This document shows positions 12,478 to 28,127 of a DNA stretch of 64,000 nt, one piece after another. The translations under genes were made by a program, and so were the position numbers. Origin of the DNA: Candidatus Deferrimicrobiaceae bacterium. Its GTDB lineage: Bacteria > Desulfobacterota > Deferrimicrobia > Deferrimicrobiales > Deferrimicrobiaceae. Location of the stretch: positions 62,025 to 126,024 of the forward strand of contig CAWBVY010000001.1 in NCBI GenBank assembly GCA_963792415.1. Direction: 5' to 3'. Positions within the stretch are counted from its first letter, which is position 1; every line of letters begins with the position of its first letter. Below the pieces are notes generated by a model that saw only the letters and a list, made by a program, of their open reading frames with translations, did not search any database and was not told where the DNA came from.

Positions 12478-13311
12478 TCAGGCCCTCCCCTCTCTCTGCT
12501 TCTTCAGCCGCTCGACGAGGCCGTAGTAGGTCTCGCAATACTCGGGGACCCCCTCTTTTTTGAAGAGAACGCCCATGGGGAATTTCCCGGCGGTCTTCTC
12601 CGGCGGCAGCTTCTCGAACGCCACGGCCGGGATGTAGGTGTCCTTCATCCACAGGAGCATGTCCGTGGGGCTCTTGAACTTGTTCCGGCGGCCGTGCGTG
12701 GTGGGGCAGGCGTTGATGATCTCGACCACGGAGAGCCCCTTGTGCTGCATCGCCTCGATGATGAGCTTGTCGAGCCCCGCCGCGTGGTAGGCGGTGCCGC
12801 GGGCCACGAAGCTCGCGCCCGCACCCTTCGCCAGTTCCGGGATGTTGAAGGACGGGTCCACGTTGCCGTACGGCATCGTGGTGGCCAGGTGGCCGGACGG
12901 GGTCGTCGGGGAGTACTGCCCCCCCGTCATCCCGTAAATGAAGTTGTTGAAGACGAGCACGGTGATGTCGATGTTCCTGCGGCATGCGTGGATGAAGTGG
13001 TTCCCGCCGATCGCCGTCGCGTCGCCGTCGCCGCTGACCACGAGGACGTGCTTGTCGGGCTTCGCCATCTTGAGCCCGGTGGCGAAGGGGAGCGCGCGCC
13101 CGTGGGCGGTGTGCAGCGTGTTGAAGTCCACGTAGCCGGGGAGGCGGGAGGCGCACCCGATCCCGGACACCATCGCGATGTCGTCCCGGTTGAGCTTCAG
13201 GGTGTCGACGACGCGCAGGATGGACTTGAACACGATGCCGTAGGTGCACCCCGGGCACCAGATGTGGGGCAGCTTCCCGCCGCGGATGTACTGATCGTAG
13301 TCGAACGCCAT
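12478..13311 (-). CDS. korB: 2-oxoglutarate:ferredoxin oxidoreductase, beta subunit (TPP-binding)
   Basis: 277 aa with the TPP motif GDGD…N and a Cys motif CPGC. Confidence 0.9.
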   Translation of the reverse strand: MAFDYDQYIRGGKLPHIWCPGCTYGIVFKSILRVVDTLKLNRDDIAMVSGIGCASRLPGYVDFNTLHTAHGRALPFATGLKMAKPDKHVLVVSGDGDATAIGGNHFIHACRRNIDITVLVFNNFIYGMTGGQYSPTTPSGHLATTMPYGNVDPSFNIPELAKGAGASFVARGTAYHAAGLDKLIIEAMQHKGLSVVEIINACPTTHGRRNKFKSPTDMLLWMKDTYIPAVAFEKLPPEKTAGKFPMGVLFKKEGVPEYCETYYGLVERLKKQREGRA

Positions 13312-13312
13312 G

Positions 13313-14443
13313 CTACTTGACCTCCTTTACCTTGGCCAGGATCTGCGCCGGGTTGATCGGGTCGCCGTCGACCCGGTAGATCCCCTCCACCTTGCACCGG
13401 CACTTCGCGCACCGGTCCACCTCGAAGATGATCTGGCCCAGGGAGAGTTCTGGAACGATGATCCCCTTGACACGCCCGGAAAGCTCGGCGACCTGCTCCT
13501 CGGGGAACGGCCAGATGGTCAGAGGCCGGAACAGCCCGGCCTTGATCCCTTCCGCCCGGGCCGCCTCGACCGCCGTTTTCGCGGAGCGGCCGGAGACGCC
13601 GTAGGCGAAGATGGCGACGTCCGCGTCCTCCAGCAGGTACTCCTCGTACCTGATGATATCCGCCTTGTTGGCCTCGACCTTCCGCATCAGCCGCAGTTCG
13701 TCGGTGTGGATCCTCGGGGAGGCGTTCACGGGGAAGCCGTCGGTCCCGTGGTTCAGCCCCGTCACGTGATACCGGTACCCCTCGAAGAAGTTCGCCATCG
13801 GGGGGACGTCGCCCTTGCTGTCGTCGTACGGCAGGTACTCGGAGGGCGGACAGGTCGGCTTCGTCCGGTTGATGACCTCCAGGACGCCGGCGTCGGGGAT
13901 CTCGATCCGCTCCCGCATGTGCCCAACGATCTCGTCGAACGCGATGATCACCGGGGTGCGGTACTTCTCCGAGAGATTGAACGCCCGGACCGTCTCGGAG
14001 AAGATCTCCTGGACGTAGGCCGGCGTGAGGCAGATGACCGGGTGGTCGCCGTGCGTCCCCCACTTGCACTGCATGATGTCGCTCTGGCCGGGGCCGGTCG
14101 GAACGCCGGTCGACGGGCCGCCGCGCATCACGTTGACGATGACGCAGGGGATCTCCGTCAGCATGGCGAACCCCATGTTCTCCTGCTTGAGCGAGAAGCC
14201 GGGGCCGGAGGTGGCGGTGAGGGCCTTGCTGCCCGCGAGCGAACCTCCGATCACCGCCGCCATCGCCGCGATCTCGTCCTCCATCTGCAGGAAGACACCG
14301 CCGATCTGCGGAAGCCGCCTCGCCAGATACTCGGCCACCTCGGTCGACGGGGTGATCGGGTAGCCGCCGAAGAAGGTGCACCCCGCGTAGAGGGCCCCTT
14401 CCGCGCACGCCTCGTTACCCTGGAGCAGTTTGATCTTGCTCAC
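13313..14443 (-). CDS. korA: 2-oxoglutarate:ferredoxin oxidoreductase, alpha subunit
   Basis: 376 aa from GTG 14441-14443 (VSKIKLLQGNEACAEGALYAG…) with a GGAGAG RBS. The rest of the 1015-aa table ORF is an R-rich artefact. Confidence 0.85.
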   Translation of the reverse strand: MSKIKLLQGNEACAEGALYAGCTFFGGYPITPSTEVAEYLARRLPQIGGVFLQMEDEIAAMAAVIGGSLAGSKALTATSGPGFSLKQENMGFAMLTEIPCVIVNVMRGGPSTGVPTGPGQSDIMQCKWGTHGDHPVICLTPAYVQEIFSETVRAFNLSEKYRTPVIIAFDEIVGHMRERIEIPDAGVLEVINRTKPTCPPSEYLPYDDSKGDVPPMANFFEGYRYHVTGLNHGTDGFPVNASPRIHTDELRLMRKVEANKADIIRYEEYLLEDADVAIFAYGVSGRSAKTAVEAARAEGIKAGLFRPLTIWPFPEEQVAELSGRVKGIIVPELSLGQIIFEVDRCAKCRCKVEGIYRVDGDPINPAQILAKVKEVK

Positions 14444-14481
14444 CGTAATCTCTCCTTTGTCCGGGTTCGTATGGTGGAACG

Positions 14482-14715
14482 CTATTTCTTCTCCACGAAG
14501 ATGGCGAAGTCCGGGCACCGCAGCTCGCAAGCCATGCAGATCGTGCACTTGTCGATGTCCACCACCCTCACCTTGAACACGTCCATCCCGAGCACCTTCG
14601 TGGGGCACAGCTTCACGCAGATCTCGCACCCCTTGCAGTAGCGGGGGATGATGCTGATCTTGACCTTCGAACTCTCGGTCGCCTCGATCTTCTCCGCAGC
14701 CTGTTCCGTCGCCAT
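14482..14715 (-). CDS. korD: 2x[4Fe-4S] ferredoxin, oxoacid oxidoreductase delta subunit
   Basis: 77 aa with two CxxCxxCxxxCP motifs. Confidence 0.85.
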   Translation of the reverse strand: MATEQAAEKIEATESSKVKISIIPRYCKGCEICVKLCPTKVLGMDVFKVRVVDIDKCTICMACELRCPDFAIFVEKK

Positions 14716-14733
14716 CGGTTCCCGTCCCTTCCT

Positions 14734-15615
14734 TTAGTTGGCTTTCAGCCCAAGACGGCGGGCCAGGGTCTTCCCCATGTCGGAGGGCGTCTCGGACACG
14801 GAGATCCCCGCCGCCTTGAACGCCTCGATCTTCTCCGCAGCGGTCCCCTTCCCCCCGGAGATGACGGCGCCCGCGTGTCCCATCCGCTTCCCCTTGGGGG
14901 CGGTCTGGCCCGCGATGAACCCCACCACCGGCTTGGTCACGTGCGCCTTCACGTAGGCGGCCGCCTCTTCCTCCGCCATCCCGCCGATCTCGCCGATCAT
15001 GATGATGGCCTCGGTCTTCGGGTCGGCCTGGAAGGCGGAAAGGACGTCGATGAAGTTCGTCCCGTTGATGGGATCGCCGCCGATGCCGACGCAGGTGGAC
15101 TGCCCCAGCCCCACGCCGGTCACCTGGTGGACCGCCTCGTAGGTCAGCGTCCCGGACTTGGAGACGATGCCGATGGTGCCCGGCTTGTGGATGCTGCCCG
15201 GCATGATGCCGATCTTGCACTCCCCGGGCGTGATGACCCCCGGGCAGTTCGGCCCCACCAGCCGGGTCTTCTTCCCCTCCATGAATTTTTTCACCTTGAC
15301 CATGTCGAGGATGGGGATCCCCTCGGTGATGCACACCACGATGTCGAGCCCCGCGTCGAACGCCTCGCAGATCGCGTCCGCCGCGAACGCCGGGGGTACG
15401 TAGATCACCGACGCGTTGGCGCCGGTGGCCTTGACCGCATCGGTCACGGTGTTGAAGACCGGGACGCCCTCCACCTTGGTCCCCGCCTTGCCGGGGGTCA
15501 CGCCCCCGACGATCTTCGTGCCGTACTCCAGCATCTGCTTCGCGTGGAACGTCCCCACGGAGCCGGTGATCCCCTGAACGAGAACCTTGGTGTTCTTGTC
15601 GATGTATATGCTCAT
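14734..15615 (-). CDS. sucD: Succinate--CoA ligase (ADP-forming) alpha subunit
   Basis: 293 aa with conserved SucD sequence including the phosphohistidine loop (MGHAGAVI). Confidence 0.95.
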   Translation of the reverse strand: MSIYIDKNTKVLVQGITGSVGTFHAKQMLEYGTKIVGGVTPGKAGTKVEGVPVFNTVTDAVKATGANASVIYVPPAFAADAICEAFDAGLDIVVCITEGIPILDMVKVKKFMEGKKTRLVGPNCPGVITPGECKIGIMPGSIHKPGTIGIVSKSGTLTYEAVHQVTGVGLGQSTCVGIGGDPINGTNFIDVLSAFQADPKTEAIIMIGEIGGMAEEEAAAYVKAHVTKPVVGFIAGQTAPKGKRMGHAGAVISGGKGTAAEKIEAFKAAGISVSETPSDMGKTLARRLGLKAN

Positions 15616-15627
15616 GGACGCGCCCCC

Positions 15628-16797
15628 TTAGTTCGCCCGGCCGGCGGCGGCCAGGACGACTTTCCTCGCCGCGTCGCCCATGTCGGCTGCGGAAATGATG
15701 TTGAGCTTCGACGCCGCGAGGATCTCCTTCCCCTTCTCCACGTTCGTCCCCTCGAGCCGGACGACCAGGGGGACCGTGAGACCGAGGGACTTCGCCGCCG
15801 TCACCACGCCTTCGGCGATGATGTCGCACCGCATGATCCCCCCGAAGATGTTCACGAGGATCGCCTTCACGCCCGCGTCGGACAGGATGAGCCGGAAGGC
15901 GTTGGTCACCTGCTCGACGCCCGCGCCGCCCCCCACGTCGAGGAAGTTCGCCGGGTTGCCGCCGCAGCTCTTGATCATGTCCATCGTGGCCATCGCCAGC
16001 CCCGCGCCGTTCACCATGCAGCCGATGTTGCCGTCGAGGCGGATGTAGGAGAGGTCGTGGTTCGACGCCTCCGTTTCCGTCGGGTCCTCCTCGTCGAAGT
16101 CCCGAAGCGCCTGGATGTCCTGGTGGCGGTACAGGCCGTTGCTCTCGAAGTTCATCTTCGCGTCCAGCGCGACGATGTCGCCGTCCTCGGTCAGGACGAG
16201 CGGGTTGATCTCGACCAGGGAGCAGTCCGTGCCCATGAAGGCGTTGTAAAGCCCCGTCATCAATTTCACCGCTTTCCCGGTAAGCTCCTTGGGGATCCCC
16301 AGCCCGAAGGCCAGTTTCCGGGCCTGGAACGCCACCAGGCCTACCGCCGGGTCCACCCACTCCTTCAGGATCTTTTCCGGGGTGTTGGCCGCGACGGTCT
16401 CGATGTCCATCCCGCCTTCCGTCGAGGCCATCACGACGACCTGCGAGGTCGCCCGGTCGACGATGATGCCGAGGTAGAGCTCCTTCTGGATCTTCCCCGC
16501 CTGCTCGACCAGGACGCGCTTGACCTTTTTCCCCTGGGGGCCCGTCTGGGGGGTCACCAGGGTCATCCCGATGATCTCATGGGCGTACTTCCGCGCCTCG
16601 GCGGAGGTCTTGGCGAGCTTCACGCCGCCGCCCTTCCCCCGGCCTCCCGCGTGGATCTGTGCCTTGATCACGACGGGTGTGCCGAACTCCTCGGCGATGA
16701 CCTCGGCCTGCGCCGGGGTGTCCGCCACCTTCCCTTTCGGCACGGTGACGCCGTACTTCGCCAGAACGGCCTTCGCCTGGTACTCGTGTATGTTCAT
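15628..16797 (-). CDS. sucC: Succinate--CoA ligase (ADP-forming) beta subunit
   Basis: 389 aa starting [17 protein letters not shown]…, a canonical SucC. Confidence 0.95.
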   Translation of the reverse strand: MNIHEYQAKAVLAKYGVTVPKGKVADTPAQAEVIAEEFGTPVVIKAQIHAGGRGKGGGVKLAKTSAEARKYAHEIIGMTLVTPQTGPQGKKVKRVLVEQAGKIQKELYLGIIVDRATSQVVVMASTEGGMDIETVAANTPEKILKEWVDPAVGLVAFQARKLAFGLGIPKELTGKAVKLMTGLYNAFMGTDCSLVEINPLVLTEDGDIVALDAKMNFESNGLYRHQDIQALRDFDEEDPTETEASNHDLSYIRLDGNIGCMVNGAGLAMATMDMIKSCGGNPANFLDVGGGAGVEQVTNAFRLILSDAGVKAILVNIFGGIMRCDIIAEGVVTAAKSLGLTVPLVVRLEGTNVEKGKEILAASKLNIISAADMGDAARKVVLAAAGRAN

Positions 16798-16855
16798 ATC
16801 CTCCGGCTCCTCCCGGTTGATTTGTGATCGATCCGATCCTTCGCGGGCGCGGGGT

Positions 16856-19087
<2,232 letters not shown>

Positions 19088-19091
<4 letters not shown>

Positions 19092-21196
19092 GGGGCCTCC
19101 ACGATGGTCATCCGGCAATCGATCGCGCGGATGCCTTTCCCTTTCGGCAGGACCAGCAAGGGGTTGATGTCGAGTTCCTGGATCTCCGGGAAGTCGCACG
19201 ACAGGCGCGACACCCGGATCAGCGCCTCCACGATCGCTTCCTCGTCCGCAGGCTCGCTCCCCCGGTATGCGGCGAGAAGAGGCCAGGCGCGGATCTCCCG
19301 GACCATCTCCTCGGCGTCCCGACGAGAAACCGGGGCCACCCGGAAAGAGACGTCCTTCAGCACCTCCACGTAGATCCCGCCCAGCCCGAACATCAGGAGC
19401 GGACCGAACTGGGGGTCGCGGCTCATCCCCACGATGAGTTCCCTGCCTCCCGTGACCATCTCCTGGATGGAGACGCCGGCGATCCAGGCCGATGGGGCCA
19501 GCCGGCGAACGGAAGAGGTGATCTCCATGAAGGCCCGGGCCACGTCGTCCGCGCCGCGAAGGCCGAGTCGAACGCCTCCGACATCGGTCTTGTGCAGGAT
19601 CTGCGGCGAGACGATCTTCATCGCCGCGGAATCGCACCCCATCTCCCGGTACGCCGCGACGGCGTCGTCGCTCGTCCCGGCGAAGGCGTGGCGTGGAAAC
19701 GTGAACCCGTAGGCTTCGAGGATTCCGCGCGACTCCTCCTCCCCGAGCGCTCTCCGCCCACCGGCAAGGGCTTCGGCCACGAGGCGCTTCGCGCTCTCCG
19801 GGGGGGTCGACGGGGCCTCCTCCTCCCCCTGCCTGCCCTCCGAGCGGATGCGGGAGTATCGAAGCATCGCGGAAAGGGTCTCCACCGCACGTTCGGGTAC
19901 CGCGTAGTTCGGGATGCCTCCGTCGCTGAGGATCCGGCGCGACGAGGCCACCGTGGCCTCTCCCAGGAAGGAGGCGAACACGGTCTTGCGGGAACCGGCG
20001 AAGGCGGCAACGGTCGCTCTCGCGGTCTCCTCCGGCTCCGTCATCGCCTGCGGCGTCAGCAGGACGAGGACGGCGTCGATCGACGGCTCGTCCCGGAGCG
20101 CGGAGAGTACGCTCCCGTACCGGTCCGCGCGGGCGTCCCCGATGATGTCCACCGGGTTCCCCAGGCTCGCCGTGGCCGGAAGCGCGGGAAGGATCCGCTC
20201 CCGAAGGGAGGCGGAGACCCCGGGGAGGGAGATGCCGAGGAGCGAAGCCGTGTCCGCAGCGAGGATCCCGGGCCCTCCCGCGTTCGTCAGGATCAGGAGC
20301 CGATCCCCCCCGGGGAGCGGCTGCATCGCGAATCCGAGGGCCAGGTCGAAGAGATCCTCCACCGTCTTCGCCCTGAGCACCCCGCCCTGGCGAAACGCCG
20401 CCCCGTAGGCGCTGTCGGAGCCTGCGAGGCTCCCCGTGTGGGAAGAGGCGGCGCGCGCGCCGGCGGCGGTCGCTCCCGCTTTCACGACGATGACCGGCTT
20501 GCGGGGGGTGACGTTCCGGGCCGCGCGCAGGAACCGGCGACCGTCGTCGATGCTCTCCACGTACCCGAGGATGACACGGGTCGACGGATCGTCGGCGAGG
20601 AACTCGAGGATGTCCGACTCCGAGATGTCGGCCTTGTTCCCGAGGCTCACGAACTTGGAGAAGCCGACGTTCCGGCCGATGGCCCAGTCGAGCACCGCGG
20701 TGCAGAGCGCCCCGGATTGGGAGAAGAAGGAGATGAATCCCTTCGGGGGCGTCCCGCGGGAGAACGATGCGTTCAGCGAGGCGTGGGTATCGATCAGGCC
20801 GAGGCAGTTGGGGCCCAGCACACGGACCCCCGCGGACGTCGCCGCCTCGCGCAGGGACCGTTCGAGGGCGACCCCCTCCCCCCCGATCTCCTTGAACCCG
20901 GCGGAGATGACGATCCCCGCGCGCATTCCCTTCGCCGCAAGCAGGGGAATCCCTTCGAGGATGGCTTTCGGCGGGACGACGAAGACGCCCAGGTCGACGG
21001 GCCCGGGGATCGCGTCGATGGACGGGTACAGCGCGTGGCCGAAAAGCTCTCCGCCGCCCGGATTCACCCCGTAGATCTTCCCCTGGAACGCGGCCTGCAC
21101 GAGGTTTGCGAACACCCCGTACCCGACTTTCTCCGGGTTTCGGGACGCCCCGACGACGGCAACCGACCCGGGATGGAACAGTTCACCAGGTAGCAT
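19088..21196 (-). CDS. acd: Acetate--CoA ligase (ADP-forming), fused alpha/beta (NDP-forming acyl-CoA synthetase family)
   Basis: 702 aa with CoA-binding, succinyl-CoA-synthetase-like and ATP-grasp domains. The catalytic-His region reads SSHTGSLAGS. Confidence 0.85.
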
Positions 21197-21215
21197 GGCC
21201 CCTCTTTGACGCGGG

Positions 21216-23008
21216 CTACTTCTTCTCCGGCGCCGTCACCCGGATCGAAAGCTCGCGCAGCTGCTTCACGTCGACCCCGGACGGGGCCTCCGTCATGAGG
21301 CATGTCGCTTTCTGCGTCTTCGGGAAGGCGATCACGTCGCGAAGCGACTTCGCGCCCGAGAAGAGCATCGCCAGCCGGTCCAGCCCGAAGGCGATCCCGC
21401 CGTGCGGCGGCGCGCCGAATTCCAGCGCCTCCAGAAGGAACCCGAACTTCACCATGGCGGCTTCCGGCCCGATGTTCAGCAGATCGAACATCCGCGACTG
21501 AACGTCCTTCCGGTGAATACGGATGCTTCCCCCGCCGATCTCCGAGCCGTTCAGCACCATGTCGTACGCCTTGGCGCGGACCTTCCCGGGATCCGTCGCG
21601 AGCAGCGGGAGGTCCTCGTCCAGCGGCGCCGTGAACGGGTGGTGCATCGCCCCCCACCGCTTCTCCTCCTTGTCCCACTCGAGGAGCGGGAAGTCGGTCA
21701 CCCACAGCAGGTGATGCAGGGAGGCGTCGATCAGCCCGAGCTTTTCCCCGAGGTGGAGGCGGAGGCGTCCGAGGGAGGAGCACGCCACGTCGAACGAGTC
21801 GGCCACCAGCAGGATCAGGTCCCCCGTCTTCGCGCCCGCCGCTTCCCGAAGGGAGGTCAGCTGTTCAGCGCCGAAGAACTTCGCCAGGGAGGAGGTCAGC
21901 CCCGCATCGGTCACCTTGAACGAGGCAAGCCCGGAGGCCCCCCCGATCTTCGCCACCTCTTCGAGCGCGGCGATTTCGGAGCGGCTCGATTCGGCCATGC
22001 CGGGCGCCGTGATCGCACGGATCACGCCGCCGCGCGACGCCACCTCGGCGAAGACACGGAAGTCGGTCTTCGACAGGAGCGCCGTGTGATCCGTGATCTC
22101 GAGCCCGAACCGGGTGTCGGGCTTGTCGACCCCGAACCGGTCCATTGCCTCCCGGTAGCTCATCCGCGGTATCGGGCTCCGGATCTCTTTGCCGAGAACG
22201 TCCCGGAAGACGCGGGCCATGAGCCCTTCCATCATATGGAAGATGTCGTCCCGGTCGATGAACGACATCTCGACGTCGATCTGCGTGAACTCGGGCTGCC
22301 GGTCGGCGCGCAGGTCCTCGTCCCGGAAGCACTTGACGATCTGCGCATACCGGTCGTACCCGGCGATCATCAGGATCTGCTTGAACAGCTGCGGGGACTG
22401 GGGAAGGGCATAGAACATCCCCGGATTGACGCGGGACGGCACCAGGTAGTCCCGCGCCCCCTCGGGGGTGCTCTTCGTCAGCACCGGCGTCTCCACCTCG
22501 AGGAATCCGTTCTCGAAGAAGTACTCCCGCACGGAGCGGGCAAGCACCGCGCGTTTCATGAACATCGCCTGGATCGACGGCCGCCGGAGGTCGAGATAGC
22601 GGTACTTGAGGCGGACGTTTTCGGCCACGTCGGAGTCGTCCTCGAGCGAGAACGGGATCGGTTTCGACTCGTTCAGGATCGCGAGCGCGGTCGCCGACAC
22701 CTCCACCGCTCCCGTCGGGAGGTTCGGGTTTTCCGTGCCCGCGGGGCGACGGCGGACGACGCCGCGCACCGAAAGGACGTACTCCACCCGCAGGGCGTCG
22801 GCCTTCGCGTGCGCTTCCGGAGAGGTGACGGGATCGATGACGACCTGCGCCAACCCCTCCCGGTCGCGCAGGTCGACGAACACGAGCCCCCCGTGGTCCC
22901 GCCGCCGGTGGACCCAGCCGCACAGGACAACCTCCTTGCCGATGTCCTCCGGCCGGATCCGGCCGCAGTAGATGGTCCTCTTGTGTTCCGGCAGAAACGC
23001 GTCCAACG

Positions 23009-23012
<4 letters not shown>
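21216..23012 (-). CDS. aspS: Aspartate--tRNA ligase
   Basis: 598 aa from GTG 23010-23012 ([19 protein letters not shown]…) with an AAGGAGG RBS. The start overlaps the hisS stop (GTGA). The 400-aa N-terminal extension in the table is spurious. Confidence 0.9.
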
Positions 23013-24267
<1,255 letters not shown>

Positions 24268-24271
<4 letters not shown>

Positions 24272-25656
24272 GGGGCGCTCTGGGTGTGGGCCAGGTAGAC
24301 GACGTTCCGGGTGGATTCCTTCCCGCGGTACATCGCCTGGTCCGCGAGGGTGAGCAGGTTCTGCTTCGTGGTCGCGTGCTCGGGGAACGCCGCGATCCCC
24401 ACGGAGATCGTCAACCGGATCCGGAGCCCCTCCTCGTTGACGAACACCTCCTCTTCGACCATCTTCCGCATTCTCTCGGCGACGATCATCGCCTCGTGCG
24501 CGTTGGTCTCGACGAGGAGGACGACGAACTCGTCCCCTCCGTAGCGGACGACCGTGTCGGAATCCCGGACGCACGCGCGCAGGACCGTCCCCACCTCCAC
24601 CAGGACGCGGCTGCCGATGAGATGGCCGTGGGCGTCGTTGACCCGCTTGAAGAAATCGATGTCCATGAAGAGGACGCAGAAGAAGTTCCGGTACCGCTCG
24701 GACCGCTTCATCTCCCGGTCGAGGACCACGTTCAGGTAGCGGCCGTTGTACAGCTTCGTGAGGTCGTCGATGTAGATCAGGCTCTGCGCCTGCGCGTTGC
24801 GTTCCGCGTTGATCAGGGCGAGGCGCGCCTGCCGCTGGAAGAAGTTGAGCAGCGACGAGTTGAGGGCCTCCGAGTCGGGTGTGCCCCGCAGCCCCAGCAA
24901 GGCGTATACCCTGGACCCCGGGCCGAGGTCGAAGGGCACGGAGAGGAGGATGCGGTTCTCCGAGAGGAACCCCGCGCCGCCGGACGCGGACGCGTTCAGC
25001 GTGTCGGCGTGGGTCAAGGTCAGGCCGGGACCCGGCGTCGCGAGCTTCTCCCCGAAGCGCCGGAGAAAACCGGCGGGAACGATGTCATCGGGGAACCCGA
25101 GGGACGCGAGCATCGCGCACGGCCCTCCCCCCTTCTCCCCTCCCCGGAAAAGGATCCCGAAGGAAGATCCCAGCGCTTCGCGGAACTTTTCGAGGATCGT
25201 GGGGGCCAGCAGAGCCATGTCGGTCGAGGTGATCACCGGGATGCAGAAGTCGAACATTTCGTCGAGCGACAACCTCCGGTGCAGTCCGTAGCCCGAGAAG
25301 AGGTACTTCTCGACGCACGGGACGACGGTTTGCGCAAGGGATTCCTCGAAGAGGATCTCGGACACCCCGCCTTTCAGGGCTTTGACGACCGACGGGCCTT
25401 CCTTCTCCCCGAGGATGAGGATCATCGAGGTCTTGGAGGCAAGCGCAAGGAGGTCCTTCACGTACGCCTCCGTCCCCTGTTCCTTCGAGAATTTCCGGGC
25501 GACGATGACGGAGAAATTTTCCTTGCGGAGGGCTTCCGCGCCGCTTTTCCAGTCGGAGAGGATCGAGAAATGCACACCCTTCATGGAGGGAACCCGAACC
25601 ATCTCCTCGATGCGATTCGCGTCGGGGGCGAGGATCAGGACGCGTTGGGCGGTCAT
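24268..25656 (-). CDS. Diguanylate cyclase: pseudo-receiver N-domain, a middle domain, and a GGDEF domain with intact active site and I-site.
   Basis: RYGGDEF active-site motif, RDSD (RxxD) I-site and a DxLT motif. The start is taken at [12 protein letters not shown], with a GGAG RBS 7 nt upstream. Confidence 0.8.
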
Positions 25657-25702
25657 CGGCGCACTCCAGCGCCGCACAGGAGAATCCGCGGCAGGGAAAC
25701 CG

Positions 25703-28078
25703 TCACATCAGACTCCAAAGACATTTCCATACATCCCCGTGCCCTGACTGCGCAAAAAAGACCCCCCTGCCGTCGGAACGGACCGTAAATGCCCCATTTT
25801 CCAAGACGAAAAGCTTTTGCGAAAGTATCAGATTCCCCTCGGTAAAACAACGGCTATTTTGCGCGACCACGGCGTCGGGCCTGCAGAACGCGGTCCATCC
25901 CGCGGGGTCCGCTCCCGGGGATCCGTGGTGGGGCAGGAACAGGACCCTCCGTTCCCCCGCTGCCGTCGGAAACCGTCCCCAGACGGAAGCCCCCTTCTCC
26001 ACATCCCCGGGCAACCACATCGACAGGATACCAAATCGAATCTCAAGAACCATCCCCCCTTCATTCGCTTTCCCTCCCTCCCCCGGATTCGCGGGGCCCC
26101 GCACGACGACTTCGGCTTCGCCGAACCGTTCCCGCGCCCCACTGCGAACGGTCCGCAGCGGCCCGGCCCAAGAGGCGACGGCGGGACCGAACGCCTCCCG
26201 CGGAATCCCTTCCGGGATCCAGATCTCGCGGACAGGCAGCGCGGCAAGGACCGCAGCCGCGCCCCCGTAATGGTCCTCGTGGGGGTGGGTCAGCGCGAGG
26301 ACGTCGATCCGGCGGATTCCCTGGTTCCGCAGGAACGGGAGAACCGCGCGCGCTCCCGCGTTCCCGCGGAGGGCGCTCCCGCAGTCGATCAGCATATGCG
26401 CGCGCCCCGGAAACGATACGACGTGGGAGGCGCCTTTTCCCACGTTCAGCGCCGTGAGGGAAAAATCCCGCCGGGGGAGCGCCGCATAAGGGGCGTGGAT
26501 CCCGCAGAGGAAGAGCGCCGCGGACAGGACGGCCGCGGGCCATGGCCGCCTGCCGCGCCGGAGGAGCGCGATCGTCCCCGCCACGGCGGCCGCCATCGAA
26601 AGAGCCGGCCACGCGATCCCCGACGGAGGGACGGGGAAGCACCCCGCGCCGGACCCGGAGAGCCGATCCAGCAGCGAAAGTGCGAGCGTCAGCCCGTCCG
26701 CAACGACGCGGACCACCGGGGCGAGCGGATCGACGCCGAACACCCCCCCGACCACCGCGACGGCCGCCCCGGCGACTCCCGCCGTCCCCAGGATCGGCCC
26801 GAACAGGACGTTCCACAAGATCGCCCCGGAGGGGACCGCCTGGAAAAAGGCGGCGGATACCGGCAGCGTCCCGAGGAACGCGACGGTCGCGGCGACCACC
26901 GCCTCCTTTACCCACCAGGTCGCGCGCGGCCGCCATCCCGTCCCCCTCCCTCCCTGCGAAGCGGCGTGGTTCGCGATGAGGAAAAAGGTCGCCCCGTAGG
27001 ACAGGAGGAAGGAGGGGGAAACGATCTCCGTCGGCTTTGCCGCGAGCGTGAGGAGAAGCATCCCGGTCCAGACGATCCCGGGTGCGCGGACGCCCAGCCG
27101 GCGCCACAGAAGGACCGCGATCGTGATCATGCCTGCCGAGCGGACGGCCGGCGTGGGGGCCCCGGCCAGGAAGACGTAGGCCCAGGACGCCGGCAGCGCG
27201 AGGAGCGCCGGCAGAAGGTTCAGGTCGGGGGTTCCGTGCCTCCTTCGGAACGCCCAGATCCCCGACCGCAGGAGGAAGACGGTGAGGAGGTGGAAGATCG
27301 CCACGTTGACGCCCGATATGGCGAGAAGGTGGGCGAGGCCGGTCCGGCGCAGCAGCGTGACCAGCGGGTGGGAGTACGGCGGAACCTCTCCGGTCGCCAG
27401 GGAAAGCAGGTACAGGGAGCCGTTCGTGGTCCCGGCGACGCGCTTGACCCACTCCCCCGTTTCCCGACGCGCGCGCGGAAATGGATCCCTCCATCGATCC
27501 GCTCCCGCCGCTTCCGGGAGGAGGACGACCTTCGCGGCGTCGGCGGAAAATGCGTATTGCGCCCCCTGCGCCATCGCCGCCCACTCCCGCGGGATCTCGC
27601 CGGGATTTCCCCTGCCGCGCACCGGATGCAGGCGCCCGGCGGCGCGAACGCGTGCCGGGAAAGAAACCGAAAGGTCCGGATTCCGGATGTACAGAAGAAC
27701 GGTTCCCAGTCGGATCGATTTCGTACCGCCCGGCAGGGAGAGCACCGAACCGCGCGCGGCGGCGGCCCATCCGGAATCGGTGACGCGGACCTCATCGATC
27801 ACCCCATCGAGAAGCGCCTCGTTGTCGATGTACGGCAGAACGTTCCCCGGGGCGACGAGAGGAACCCTGCCGGCGGTCAGGGAGCCGCACAGCGCGGCGA
27901 CGGCGCAGGCCAGCGGTATCTCCCGGAAACGGAAGGATGCGAGGCCGAGGGCCGCCAGGAGCAGAACCCCGGAGACGGCGAGTCCCGAAGGCCCGGCGGC
28001 CAGCCCGAGGAAGAATCCGGAGAGGAAGGCGAGGAGGAGCAGGTACAGCGGCCCCTGCCCGCGGAACGGATGGTCCAT
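25703..28078 (-). CDS. comEC: DNA internalization-related competence protein ComEC/Rec2
   Basis: 791 aa with DUF4131, a polytopic competence domain and a C-terminal metallo-beta-lactamase (HPHEDH). Confidence 0.85.
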   Translation of the reverse strand: MDHPFRGQGPLYLLLLAFLSGFFLGLAAGPSGLAVSGVLLLAALGLASFRFREIPLACAVAALCGSLTAGRVPLVAPGNVLPYIDNEALLDGVIDEVRVTDSGWAAAARGSVLSLPGGTKSIRLGTVLLYIRNPDLSVSFPARVRAAGRLHPVRGRGNPGEIPREWAAMAQGAQYAFSADAAKVVLLPEAAGADRWRDPFPRARRETGEWVKRVAGTTNGSLYLLSLATGEVPPYSHPLVTLLRRTGLAHLLAISGVNVAIFHLLTVFLLRSGIWAFRRRHGTPDLNLLPALLALPASWAYVFLAGAPTPAVRSAGMITIAVLLWRRLGVRAPGIVWTGMLLLTLAAKPTEIVSPSFLLSYGATFFLIANHAASQGGRGTGWRPRATWWVKEAVVAATVAFLGTLPVSAAFFQAVPSGAILWNVLFGPILGTAGVAGAAVAVVGGVFGVDPLAPVVRVVADGLTLALSLLDRLSGSGAGCFPVPPSGIAWPALSMAAAVAGTIALLRRGRRPWPAAVLSAALFLCGIHAPYAALPRRDFSLTALNVGKGASHVVSFPGRAHMLIDCGSALRGNAGARAVLPFLRNQGIRRIDVLALTHPHEDHYGGAAAVLAALPVREIWIPEGIPREAFGPAVASWAGPLRTVRSGARERFGEAEVVVRGPANPGEGGKANEGGMVLEIRFGILSMWLPGDVEKGASVWGRFPTAAGERRVLFLPHHGSPGADPAGWTAFCRPDAVVAQNSRCFTEGNLILSQKLFVLENGAFTVRSDGRGVFFAQSGHGDVWKCLWSLM

Positions 28079-28127
28079 GGGCCGCGGTTAACGGCAAAAT
28101 CCATACCGCTCCCCTGCGGAGAAGCGT

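Noticed and set aside
14444-16360. N-terminal 640 aa of the 1015-aa minus-strand ORF that ends as korA.
   Set aside because: Only the last 376 aa (from GTG 14443) look like KorA. The upstream part is R/G-rich junk in an alternative frame of sucD and sucC.
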